Shown here piece after piece: positions 24,094-36,136 of a stretch of 64,000 nucleotides of DNA. A program made the position numbers and the translations under genes. The DNA comes from Bilabrum cf. latius. Taxonomy: Eukaryota. The notes beneath the pieces are model-generated. The model worked only from the letters and a program-made list of their open reading frames with translations. It was not told the DNA's origin and ran no database searches. Each line of letters begins with the position of its first letter. The first letter of the stretch is position 1. The stretch is taken from the NCBI GenBank assembly GCA_965178125.1, contig OZ237745.1, positions 930,001 to 994,000 on the forward strand, in the 5' to 3' direction.

Positions 24094-26590
24094 TCATGCG
24101 ATGCCCTTTCCGACAGGTGCAGGAGGCATGTCTCCTCCATCCGAATCCACGGGGTCAGAACGGAACTGAGCGGCAACCATCACCCACACTGCGACAACAT
24201 CCTCCGGAAAGGCAACCACTTTGACCGCCACCGCCATAGTCATGTCGGAGCCTCTTGCAAGCACTACCCCGCGGCCCGCCTCGCTGGCTAGCAGCCCCTC
24301 CAGCACGCCGTCGGGACTCGCATGGGAGAACTGCACCGGGCACGCTCGGAACACGTATCCTGCCGGAACGGCACGGCGCACGGCAGCCTGGAAGTCATCG
24401 GCCCCCGTGGCGATTCCAGTGCTCCTCTCGCTCTCGTAGGCAGCCAGTGCAGGAGACAGCAGGTGTTCCAATTTTCTGTCGAAGGAGACATCAGCAAACG
24501 AGGCAGCACCGCTTGGCAGCATCCGCCTCCGTGCCTCCTGGATCTTGGTCCTCAGAGCATCCTGAAGTGCATCGGCTAGCGCATCGCCGTCCACAGTGGG
24601 CCTGCACAAGGCCACAGCCACACCACTATCAGGTTCTACGGACGGCTCAATCAGCGCTGGCTCGAGCTCGTGCCACGCAGCAGGGTCGTCAAGGTCGAAG
24701 GTGCACGGGGATACCTTGTCAGACACCTGGCGGTTCGCCAGCAAACGCCTGTGGTTGTACATGCAGCCAAGCCTGTTGTACCTGACCGACGAGGCAGCCA
24801 AGGCATAGGATGCTGCAGCCCCGGAGTCGACGGCTGCAGATGCCTTCACAATTGTATCGAACGAGACCCTTTCGCCCGTCAGAGGCTCCCAGAAAACCAC
24901 CTCGGACGAAGATTCAGACCCCGATGCGATGCTCTTGCTGCCTGGCACACCACTACCAGTCTCGTCCCGGCTGTCTGCAGCACTCGTATGTCCTGGTGCT
25001 GATCGCTCAGCAATCGTGGTGACCCAAGCGTGCGATTCTTCAACCCCGTCTGCTGCGATCGATGTGCCCAGGCACACCCAAGCGTCCAAACCGAATCCCA
25101 GTAGCAGGGAGCAGAGAAGGTTCGCCAAGTCTTCGATGCAGCCGCCACGGGCTGCGAGCGTCGTGTGCAGCTGCTGCCACGCCGCCTCCCCAGCGCCCTC
25201 GGGACCTACTGCCGCCGCGGCTGCAGAAGACGCCCCTCCGACCGCATGCCCCCCCAGCCCACCCCCAAGCGCGCTGCCTTCCTCCCCTGCAGCACGGAGC
25301 GGCAGCAAGCCGACAAACCTGGCTGCCTGCCTTGCAGTTTCGATCAGCCGAGGCGCCATCAAAGGGCTTACAAATGAGCATACGCACCTGCTACCCCCCC
25401 TGCACTCCCTCGCAAAGGCCCGCACGGTCCTCCTCCTAAACCCACCGGTGGATCCGCCCACGGCCAGGTACTCCCTCCACCACCGCCTCGCACCTTCGAA
25501 GAGCCTCCTGCTCGCCACCTCCTCCCCCACCTCTTGTTCCCTGAGGACTGCTCCGATCTCCTCCTTCGGTCGAAGGGCGTGCTTGGGGGCCAAAGGTGTC
25601 AGCACAAACCTCAGCGCCAGCACGCCGATGGAGACGCCCCCGGCACCCGAGGGCCCGAGGGCGGGCAGGGGCAGGGCCACGTCGGCCCGGCCACTCTGCA
25701 GCACTCGCCTCCATTCCACCGTCGTTTCAGCCAAGACCTCCGTACGGACTGAAGCGCCGGCTACGTCGGATTCGAACGGGAGAGCTTGGCTGGCAGCGGC
25801 GGTGCCCATCGATGCGGCCGCCGCAGCTGCTTCGGAGCCGTGCGCTCGCTTCGGGGCTGCGACAGAAACCAAGGCGAGAGCCAGCCTGATCGGAAGTCTT
25901 ACTCTTAGAAGCTCTGGCAACGTAGGCATGGATCTGAAGTGTCCTCCGGAGTCCTCGATAGCCTGTGAGAGTCGCAGCTGGATTGTGTCGCGGATGTCGG
26001 GGTCGGCCTTCGCTGCAACAGGCTCTGTTCTGAATCGCTGGGATCCAAAGGACCCATACAGCACAAAGAATTTGGCGGAATCAGCACCAGATAACGACTC
26101 AGTGTGCCTACTTTCTGCATCAAAATCTAAGAAAGCCCTGCCTCCCAACAGGTCAATTTGAAGCTGCCGCTCGTGGAAGTCGCCAGCAGATTCATTCCCC
26201 TTCATGCCTTCCACCTCAACATTCGCAGCCAGTTCAACATGATCACTACTCCTGCTTAAATCCATTGTCTGCCCTCCTTTTGTTTGTTCTGGCCGACTAG
26301 ATTTAAAATTCGAACTGCAACGGCAATTGGCAGCAATCGACTAGATTCAAATTCATGGCGAACGCGCCAAAAAGCAAATGCGGCGTAGCGATAAATGAAA
26401 TCTCTTACTTTGACTCCATTGCGCTGATGATGCCCTGCATAGCCTCATCACGAGCAAGTAGCGACGCCCCGGGCTTGCCGACGGCTTGTCTTAGTTGAGC
26501 ATACAAGCCCTTCTCTCGCATAAACGAGTCAACTTGTGAACGCAGGTGCTGCAAACTGTCAACCTCCAACGCAACCGGGTTAGTCGACAT
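24094..26590 (-). CDS. CEP76: Centrosomal protein CEP76 (C2 domain + transglutaminase-like domain)
   Basis: LLGGRAFLD; FGSQRFRTEPV; EWRRVL; RWWREY; CVCSFVSPL; AARFVGLLP; ANLLCSLLLGFGLDAWVCLGT; HAWV; FWEPLTGER; VWVMVA. First exon 26590-~26408, then a GTAAG intron. Confidence 0.9.
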
Positions 26591-26724
26591 GGTAACCGTT
26601 GGTTTAATGCGCAGGGAAGAAGCAACATCTGGTGTCTACCATGCACTGCATGGTGTGCGCGCAATTGAAACCAGCCTGCCAAACCCTGCACAATCCACAA
26701 AAACCAGAGATCAGTGTCTTCATT

Positions 26725-29700
26725 TCAATCATCTGACTCTGACTCTGACTCTGACTCTGAGCTGGAAGAATCAGAAGACGAAGAGGAGGCAGCATCTTTC
26801 TGATGCTCCTCCTAGGCTGCCGCCTCACCCGTCCCCTCAGGCTGGCCATCCACACCCTCGCCACTACCGCCGGACGCCGGCCCGGCAATGTCTGCCTCTG
26901 TCAACCCATGCTTGGCAAGCATGGCAGCCATCTCAGCACTGCCAGGCTGCAGCACATAACACGCATCTGCAATTACATCATCATCATCCCCCGCCTCGCC
27001 CTAGCCACTCCGAGTCCCCTCCCCGTCGGCACCAGCCCCAGAGCTCGGCCCAGCCAAGGCACCAGCCACTGCGTCGTCGTCGGGCACATCAAGCCCGGCC
27101 TCCTCGGCGGCCCTCTTTGCGATGCTTCTCAGCACCTGCTCCCGCTCCTAGGCCGCGGTGGCCTGGGCCACCATGTCGACTGCCGTGAACTCTGGGGGTG
27201 CCATCCTCGTCAGGAACTCGATCTGGTTGACGTTGTCCGCCGTCAGGCGACCCAGCGAGGCCTGGTGCTTCCCAGCGGCGCGGAGGATCTCGCGGGCTGG
27301 CCCAGCGGAGGCAGCAGGGTTCTAGCGAAGGGCCTTCCCGTGGGTGAAGAGCAGGGCATCAGACCACGCAAGAGAGTGCTCGATCCTCGTGGAGGACTGC
27401 ATGCGGCGAGCCACGGCCGACAGGAGCCTCGGGACGAACATGGCGGGCAGCGATGCGCTCACAAGACGGATGGACTCGCTGGGCACTGCGGTGAGTGCCC
27501 TGTCAATCGTGTTGGGCTCGTTCAGATGCAGCGCGACGAGAACGGCTCTAGAGTGCTGCCCCTCCCTCGCCAGCTTTCCTACGTTTGCAGGAGTTGCCTC
27601 GATGTCCAGCTCGAAAGGGTCGAATGCCAGCGTCTCATCGAGCGAGAACACCGCCAGGCCATCCGTGGTGGCCGCGCTCCATGCCCTGCCCGTGGGACTG
27701 AACCGCACGCATCTTGTGCGGATCTCTGGCATGGTCGTTCGCTTGGTGGCGTCGCCGCGCTTGGCGCCTGGCAGGGCTTTCTTGTCCCCGGCTGCAGCCG
27801 CGGCGCGCTGGTCGTCGTCGGAGCCGTATCCGTCCATAAGCTCCATGCTCTTGCCGTGCTCGCCCTGCTTGCGCGAGTCCAGCTTGTCGACCATCGCGTC
27901 CAAGGAGCGGTTGTGGCTGACCTGGTACTTTCGCAGCAGCATGCGGGGGCCCGAAGCGTACAGGCACACGTACCTTGACCGACCACCGGCAATTACCATC
28001 TCACCGTCGGGGCTGTAGTCGATCGTGCTGAACGCCTTGCCCTTGGCAGAGTTCTTGGCCGACCTCATGTCAGTCAGGCTGCGGCCCGAGGCCGCATCCC
28101 TCTTTCCGCTCAGCTCGCCCTCCATCCTGCCCTTGTCCACGTCCCAGAACTGCAGCTTGCCGTCGCGTGATGACGTGCATAACTGCTTGCCATCAGGCCT
28201 GAATGCCACAGCAAGGACGTCACCAGTGTGCCCAAACGTCTGCGTGGCCGTACCGGACCTGTACACATCCCACACGCGCGCCGTGGCGTCCCAAGACCCG
28301 GTAGCAATGAGGCCCTGCGATGAAGTGAGGGCAGAGAGGGACGGGAAAATAATGTTGCTAGTACTCGCACTTGGATGCAGCATATGAGAATGACCGTTTG
28401 AATTAAAAAACCTCAGAAACTCAGTACAGGTCGAGCATCAGCGGCCGGGTCTTGCGACCGTGGCCATCTGGACCGGTTGTATCCTCACTGGCAAACACAC
28501 CAAACCACCGCACAATGGCACGCACAAACTCAAAACTACAAGCTAGCGTGGCGCACGCTCACACCACCATGACAAGCCTCAGAAACTCAGTACAGGTCGA
28601 GCATCAGCGGCCGGGTCTTGCGACCGTGGCCATCTGGACCGGTTGTATCCTCACTGGCAAACACACCAAACCACCGCACAATGGCACGCACAAACTCAAA
28701 ACTACAAGCTAGCGTGGCGCACGCTCACACCACCATGACAAGCCTCAGAAACTCAGTACAGGTCGAGCATCAGCGGCCGGGTCTTGCGACCGTGGCCATC
28801 TGGACCGGTTGTATCCTCACTGGCAAACACACCAAACCACCGCACAATGACACGCACAAACTCAAACTACAAGCTAGCGTGGCGCACGCTCACACCACCA
28901 TGACAAGCCTCAGAAACTCAGTACAGGTCGAGCATCAGCGGCCGGGTCTTGCGACCGTGGCCATCTGGACCGGTTGTATCCTCACTGGCAAACAACCAAC
29001 AGAAACAGCACCAAAAACATGTAGCCGGCTGCATACTTGAGCAGGGTGTGTAAAATTTCCATGATTCATGTCTCACTTCTGTGGGGCTGAATGCAATCGT
29101 GGCCACTGGTCCCTCGTGACCTGCAAGCGCGTCGAGTAGCTTGCCAGTGCGCACGGACCAGACGTACACGTGGAACGGCTCCATGCTGCCAGCGCACACG
29201 ACTTCTCCTGCGGGGATGGAATGCGCACGAGCTCAAGCAAGATATTCACTGGATATTGCAACGAGAATTACACTGCACATCGGTCGAAAGGCAGTGCTGA
29301 ATGCCTCACCCTCTGGATCAACTGCGACACACGTGAACTGCGTGGGCTTGGGGGCCGAGAAGGTCCGAAAGTTCCTGTACCTGACCAGATCGAACGCGCG
29401 GACTGTGCCATCCAGCGAAGAGGTCACAACTGCTTGCCCCCTGCCCTGCTTGCCTCCCATGAATGCCACCCCTGTGACTGGAGCCTTGTGCTCAGAAAAA
29501 GTTACAAAGCAGAAGCCAGACTGCGTGGACCACAGCTTGACCTTGCCGTCGTCTGCTCCCGTGGCAATCGACTGGCCATCGGGTGAGTAAGCGTGGGAAA
29601 CGATGTCATGGTAGTGCCCCTGCTGCCTCAGGATGTACTGCTCCGACTGCCACTCCCACACGAGCAGCTGCCCGTGCTCCGCAGAGCCGAATGCGAGCCA

Positions 29701-31320
29701 CTCCCCCGAGGGATTAATGGCCGCGGCGGTCACCGCTGCAGTGGCAATCGACAGCGTGTGCAGGGCCTCAAAGGAGGGCAGTGAATACAGTCCGAACACG
29801 CCGTCGCTGAACCCCACCACGAGCATGCTAGCCTTGGGATGCAGAGCGCACGAGTTGATCCTAGCGCCCTCCCTGAGGAACACGTGCTTCGCCACCCGCC
29901 GCCACTCCCCAATCGCGATTGAAAGCAGAGGCCTGCTGGCCCCGTCTTTTGCTTCTTCTTCGAGGGCACTCCTCGCCATTTCCAGCGAGCTCCGCGGGTC
30001 CACCACAGGATGCTTCTCGTAGGTCCGTCGCTGGTCCAGGGCCCGGCTGAGTCCTCTGCCCTTCCGGTCCTCACGCTCGTAGGCAGACGCAGCCACGCTG
30101 GACCGCTTGCTTGCGGTCCCTTGTTCTCTGTCGGCGCGGGACCGTTTGCGGCCTGAGACTGCCACGGCGCTGCTGGGCTCGCCACTCGGGTCTATCGCAC
30201 GACCGCTGCCACCAAAGGCCCTGCCTGCCGCCGTGGCCAAACCGGAGTCTCCACCAGCCCCAGAAGACGCCGCTGTGGGGAGTTCCGGTGGAACCTGCCC
30301 CGATGCACCATCAGAATCGCCTCCGCTGGATGCTTCCTCATCTTCAGACTCGTCCTCCTCCTCCTCCTCGCTATCCTCGTCCTCGTCCTCGTCCAGCATG
30401 CCCGCCTGTCGAGCTGCCCTCTCCACGGCAACGAGCCGGCCCCCGTTAATCTCAGCGTCCTCTGCAGTCTACACCCATTCCCACCTGAGCACGCCCCCGT
30501 CTCGGCTGACGCTCCAGATGGAGGCAGAGTCGAAGAAGCTTACCCTGACCACCTCGCCCCTGTGCCCCGACAGCGTCACAGGGACGAAGCCGGGCAGCCT
30601 GGCCGCCGCATGGATCCTCACGGTGGCATCTCTAGAACCAGTTGCGACATATTCGCTGGACGGAGACCACGCGATGCACGTCACCACGTCGTGGTGCCCC
30701 GTGAAGGTCCGACGTAGGTGGAAGGGTGCCATCTGTCGCACGAGCTTGGGGGCTTCCCATACCTACACCTTGTTCCCTGTTGCAACTGCTAGCAACGAGT
30801 CGTCAGGACTGAATCTAGCTGCCCTAACTCGCTGTCTGAAGTTGAAACGGTGCACGACCACCCTCCGGTGGAAATTGATGATCAATGCACGACCCTCTGC
30901 GGTCGAACAAAACGAATCGAGAAGAGCAGTGAAACGGCAGGTACTAGCAATTGGATTTGTTAGATCGAGGGAGCGTGCAGCGACTAATAGTGTTCTTACG
31001 ATTATCGACGGACAACAAGCTTCGGCCTGAGTTCGACAGAGCTAGTAGCTCAACATCCGAGCGATTTTCGCAGGGCAAGGTGTAGCTCGTATGTCTGCCG
31101 GAAATAAAATAAAGCAAAATATACATCCATCGAAGTCTAGGGTCTGTAACAGCGACAACGGACACAGCAGGGTGCAGGGGTCTCACTTAAGCAAATCAAA
31201 GCAAGTTACTCTGTTTCCTACAGGAGAAATAAGCGTGTTTCCATCGGGAGTAAACAAAATGTTTCCCTATTTATAAACGGTGCCACACAGATTTGAGAAA
31301 CGGAACTGCAGCGACGGCAT
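26725..31320 (-). CDS. PWP2: Periodic tryptophan protein 2 (UTP1), WD40 ribosome-biogenesis factor
   Basis: FRFSNLCGTVYK*GNILFTPDGNTLISPVGNRV; GQLLVWEWQSEQYILRQQGH; DGTVRAFDLVRYRNFRTF; FDPFELDIEATP. Introns 31186-31095, 30999-30897, 29309-29208 and 29076-28315; TGA stop. Confidence 0.95.
28410..28493 (-). ncRNA. Candidate intronic box C/D snoRNA (first of four tandem copies)
   Basis: In order: box C-like GTGAGGA, D' CAGA, hairpin GGCC-GGTC-GCAA-GACC-GGCC, C'-like CTGATGC, D box CTGA. About 80 nt, on the sense strand of a ribosome-biogenesis gene intron. Confidence 0.6.
28411..28994. repeat. 166-bp tandem repeat (3 full units plus an 87-bp core) inside PWP2 intron 4
   Basis: Units start at 28411, 28577, 28743 and 28908; almost identical. 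Confidence 0.95.
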
Positions 31321-31426
31321 TCCACCAAACACTGTCTCGCGAGGATTGGTACTCCAGGTGCAAGTTCGTGGGGAACCTCCGACGAACCCTGGTGAATTCA
31401 TCGCAAACTGCTGACGCAAGTCTGGA

Positions 31427-34400
31427 ATGGGATGTGGCGCGTCATCCCTGGCACAAGTACAGCCAAACTTGTATGGAAGCTATGAAAGTGATATCTGCTA
31501 GCGGATCTACCCGGGGCTGCCTGCAGACGAGGCTTTGTTGTCGTATAGCTGCTCCCAGACCAGGAATGCAGCAGGAATCGTGCTGGCATCGAGACACGCT
31601 GCCTGCGAGCTCCTCGGAGGACAGTGGCCGACATGGAGTTCCATATTTCTGTAGCATGACTGCCCGCAAACTGGGCGGTTTGCCCGCTCCATAGTTGCTC
31701 TTGGAGGGAATGCAGCCGCGATGCTGCGCGTTCGCGTTTCAACCATGCGAAGGACCAAAGCAGTTTCATTGTATGCAATGTTGCAGGCGCTGGGACCATG
31801 CCCTGCTAAATACGATTCAGTCATTCGATCTGACGTGGGGCGGTGCTTTCCTTAGCTAGGGACGCTGATAGGGCGAACAGAAACGGCAACCGAGTTACAG
31901 CGTTCTTTGTTTCGTATTCTCAGCGCTTATGCATGGCTAGATTGTGGCGTTGGTTACTGTCAAGGAATGAGTTTCTTAGCAGCGTTGCTATTAATTGCCG
32001 GCGTTTCGGAAGAGCTGGCCTTCTACTGTTTTGTTCGTCTAGCCATGCAGGAGGAGGTTGCCGCTAGTAGCAGGCCTCCGTCCGGCAAAGCGAGTCGAGC
32101 TACAGGTACTTATAATAGGAAACACAAGAACGATCGCACTAACTCGAACCAATCAGAAGCCAGCCGTGCAGGCCTCCGGTACATGTGGTGCGACGGGCTG
32201 CCCGCGCTGCACGGCGGGTTAGACAGCATCCGCCAGCACCTCAACAAGCTGGACCCCAGGCTGTTGCACCACCTTGAGGGCACGGTAGGGCTAAAACTAG
32301 AAGTTGTCTCCACGCCCTGGCTACTGTCCTGCGGATGCGCAACCCAGCTGCCGATCGGTTCATGCCTGCAGGTGCTGGACGGTCTGGTGCGGTGGGCGTG
32401 GGTGCACGGCGGCAGGGCCTGGAGGCAAGAAGGTGCCAGTGGGGATTAGGGCACAATTACAGCCGCATCACTGAAAGACTCGGCCAGCTTTCCTGGTCAG
32501 CCCACTTCAGAGTACGGGTGCGGGGTCGGAGGCATGGCCGGGGTACCGGGCATTCCTGTGCAGGTAAGCAATCATTCGTCCATCGGATCAAGTGGCCGAA
32601 GCGTGAATGAGTCTGACAGGGACGGAACCACACAGCGGCAGCGGCAGGCAGCGTAGATGCAACAAACAGCCTTGGTGAAGCAGAAGAGGCAGGGTCACCC
32701 GCCCGCTGGCACGTTGGATGCTGGTCGTAGGGGTGCAGACCAGGGAGTGGCAAGTCCACAAGGTTTGCAAGTCATCTCTGACCGGCCACTCGATGGCGCG
32801 AATGGAGCTTCTGGGCTTCGATTTGTGCAAAGTCCCCAGGAAGAGCACCTGCTTCGGGTGTGGCTGCCGCAGCGGGGGCCCCGGCTTTTCGTTGCGCACA
32901 GGCTGGCAGTACTGGGCAGAGAGTTTGCACAGAGAGTCTATGACCGACTGTATGATTCCGACGAGATCAGTGCCTAGGCAGCAGAGTGTCGCCACCATGT
33001 AGGTTCGCAGGAAGCGGATGGTGGGACAGGTGGCAGCTCGAAGCAAGAAGAGGCAGTGCGATCGAGAACCCATGCACAGCCCGCTGGGTCTAGAAGAAAA
33101 CAGGAAATCAGAGAACGCGGACAGCTCGCAGGACACAGGCAGTCTCGGCCAGGCACGGATGCAGGCGCCTTGCTACAATTCTCTGACCCGAGGCTCGCAA
33201 AGGGCGAAACGTACCCACCGAAGCCGCTTGTATCGCTAGCTATGTATGCACTAAGAGCTCGATCGAGGCGAATATGCGCGACTAGCGATTTGGGAGACTG
33301 CTTCAACGTGTGCTAGGAGCAGTATATCGAGTCGATTCGGACAGCCAGGGCTGTCGAGCTGAACGGTGCAAGGATATAGCAGAGCCTCACGTGTGGCACA
33401 GACCAGCCAAGCGAGAGATGCGACGAAACGAACGAATAGGGCATAGCCGACGAGTGGGACATGGAAGCTGTTTGTGAATAGGAAGACTTTGCCCATCCGG
33501 GTGCCGATTAGGAGGCCGGGAACTCCACACAGGGGAGGCCGCGAGACACTCGCCGCGGGCCAAGGGCGCGCCCCGGGTCAGCGAGGGGCAGGGCACTGCG
33601 GCTCGGTGAGCACGTCCTCCTTGATGTCGTGGGCTCGCTTCGGACTGCCATCGGCAAGAATACTGGCCAGCAGTCCGAAAACGGTTAGGTTGCAGCGGCA
33701 GGTGCTGTTGAGAGCGAGCGCGAAGAGACCAAGACCAGGGCACCCGACGAGGAGCACGAGGTGCAGCTGGTGCTCGCGAGTGACATTCCCTCAGAGCTGG
33801 CCATGACCGCTTGCCGGGAGGCAGCCAAGACTTGGGAAGCGATGCGATATGGAGTCAACGAGCAACAGCAAGCTTCGTGGAGTACCGGCAACGAGAGCAC
33901 GAGCACCATGGTGGATAAACAGCAGCCGCCGCAGCCTGAGGACATTCCCTTGGAGCTGCCTTGCCTCTCTCGCGTGGCGGAGCAGCTGGGGCAATGGTGC
34001 AAGCGCAGCGCGACTGGAGCGCCCCTGCCCCTGTTCGTTCCGTTCGACGACAGTGCTGCGCTCCAGGTCCCGGAGCTGCAGTTGGGCAGCGATCAGCCGT
34101 CTCGTGCGAGCAAAGAAGCATTGGATGGTACTGCTGGACGAAAACAAGCCACTGTCCCCCCTCAAAGAGTGCTGCAAGCAGACTGCGAGGAATCTCGTAG
34201 CGAGCGGCAGTTCGATGGTTTGTACGGTCCACTGGCCATGCCGTGGATGCCAGCGCAAGGAAAGGCAGGGCAGCAGGGGCTCAAGGGGGGTGGCGCGCCT
34301 GCGGAGTGGCCAGTCAGGCCGCGGGCGAATCGACTGTTGGTAGCAACGTCGTACTGGCCCATTGCCCCTGCTGCCGGGCACGCAGATGCCGCTGGGCGGT

Positions 34401-34567
34401 CACCTGAACCTACGGGATCATAGTCAGGGGCGCGCGGGAAGCTCACGCAGCAAAAGGCAAGCTTGTAGCGAGGTCAGTTGGCGGGCAGAGAAGTGGACGT
34501 GTTCCCGAAGTGGGCGCTGCCCAGCGTGATCCATCGGGTAGTGATGCAGAGTCTCAGCAGCCAGTGA
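31427..34567 (+). CDS. TBC-domain Rab GTPase-activating protein with N-terminal MGCGAS acylation motif (~1046 aa with TAG=Gln)
   Basis: IRSDVGRCFP (Arg finger) and GYCQGMSFLAALLL (Gln finger). One uninterrupted frame with about 14 TAGs and no TAA/TGA until 34565. Confidence 0.8.
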
Positions 34568-35614
34568 CAGCCACGAATTGTATGTGACTTGTAGTCTTTG
34601 ATGATCGGGAAAAGAAGTAGTACTTATCGCAGCAGCGCGCCCCGCAGCTCTCTCACACCTTCTTATTGTGCTCGAGTTCACTTGACAGAGACCTCGGTCA
34701 CCTCATCCGGGTCAGGGCCAGGTCAGGGCTAGCAACAAAAGCTCATCCGGGTCTGCTATTCTTGCCATGATCCACAAAAGGATCCAATAGGATCCGTGGT
34801 ACATGACGAGCTGTTCTCGCTGCAAGAATTGCGCCGGACCCGGAATGCGCTCAACCAACGAATCCACAGCAGAAATGCGCAAGACACAGCTCACTGTGGC
34901 AGTCCCAAGTTTCACGTTTACTTCTAAAGTGGTACTCAACGCATATGGGCGAGCATACAGGGAGCCACGTGGCCCCATTGCGCCCCTCATCGGTCAACTC
35001 GCCCGCACGAAGTGCGGGGTAGTCCACCCCTGGCAGGTATGCATACGGTCCAATGGTGTTGATGCTCAGATGCAAGCAACTCAAATATCTTCTACTTCAA
35101 TCAGCAATTTGTCACGAACAACCTTAGGTCACGGCAAACCAGCGCACACGCGCAGACCCAAAACGTCCGCCGCTCCCTCGGCAGCAGGCCTGTCACCTTC
35201 TGCCGCCCGCTTGCTGATCTAGGGGACAAGGACTCGAGTTCGGGGACAATAGATGGTTCCGTGCCCCCTACGGCACCCTTTGGATTGGCTGCCGCCCTAG
35301 TCGCCCGCATGTGGTCCGCTAACTTCGCTCTGTTCCTCAGGAAAGCGGGGTAGGCCACGTCACAGGCGTGGTCAATTGCACCCCTTTTCGTTTGAAACGT
35401 GTGAAACCCCAGCCCGAAACCGCACTTCCACGTCTGCGCCGGCTCAGTCACTATAGCCGGTCCCGCCCAGCATGTCTTCATCTGTGCTATCGTCGTCTCT
35501 AATCCCCCGTTTCTTTCACTTCCTCTTACCCCTCTGCTCACGGCCAGGTGCTCCCAGCTCCCAGTCCTTGGCACGCAGTGCCCTCTGCTTGCACCTGAAC
35601 TCGAGGACCTCGTC

Positions 35615-36092
35615 CTTGCAGCACTCTTTGAGGGGGGACAGTGGCTTGTTTTCGTCCAGCAGTACCATCCAATGCTTCTTTGCTCGCACGAGACGGCTGA
35701 TCGCTGCCCAACTGCAGCTCCGGGACCTGGAGCGCAGCACTGTCGTCGAACGGAACGAACAGGGGCAGGGGTGCTCCAGTCGCGCTGCGCTTGCACCATT
35801 GCCCCAGCTGCTCCGCCACGCGAGAGAGGCAAGGCAGCTCCAAGGGAATGTCCTCAGGCTGCGGCGGCTGCTGTTTATCCACCGTGGTGCTCGTGCTCTC
35901 GTTGCCGGTACTCCACGAAGCTAGCTGTTTCTCGTTGACTCCATATCGCATCGCTTCCCAAGTCTTGGCTGCCTCCCGGCAAGCGGTCATGGCTAGCTCT
36001 GAGGGAATGTCACTCGCGAGCACCAGCTGCACCTCGTGCTCCTCGTCGGGTGCCCTGGTCTTGATCTCTTTGCGCTCGCTCTCAACAGCACC
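35615..36092 (-). repeat. 478-bp inverted duplicate of 33701-34178 (coding fragment of the TBC gene)
   Basis: The reverse complement matches 33701-34178 with only a few substitutions. Confidence 0.92.
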
Positions 36093-36136
36093 CGTTCCAC
36101 CATGTAGGGCCGCAGGCAACCTGCATTCAGCATGCA

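Noticed and set aside
24929-26161. Long antisense ORFs in the track (e.g. 24929-26161, 13037-14005, 26803-27978, 14949-16088)
   Set aside because: They are shadow frames of GC-rich genes on the opposite strand, with no motifs.
28411-28994. CRISPR array or spliced-leader RNA array
   Set aside because: The spacers are identical rather than unique, the context is a eukaryotic intron with no cas genes, and there is no convincing Sm site.
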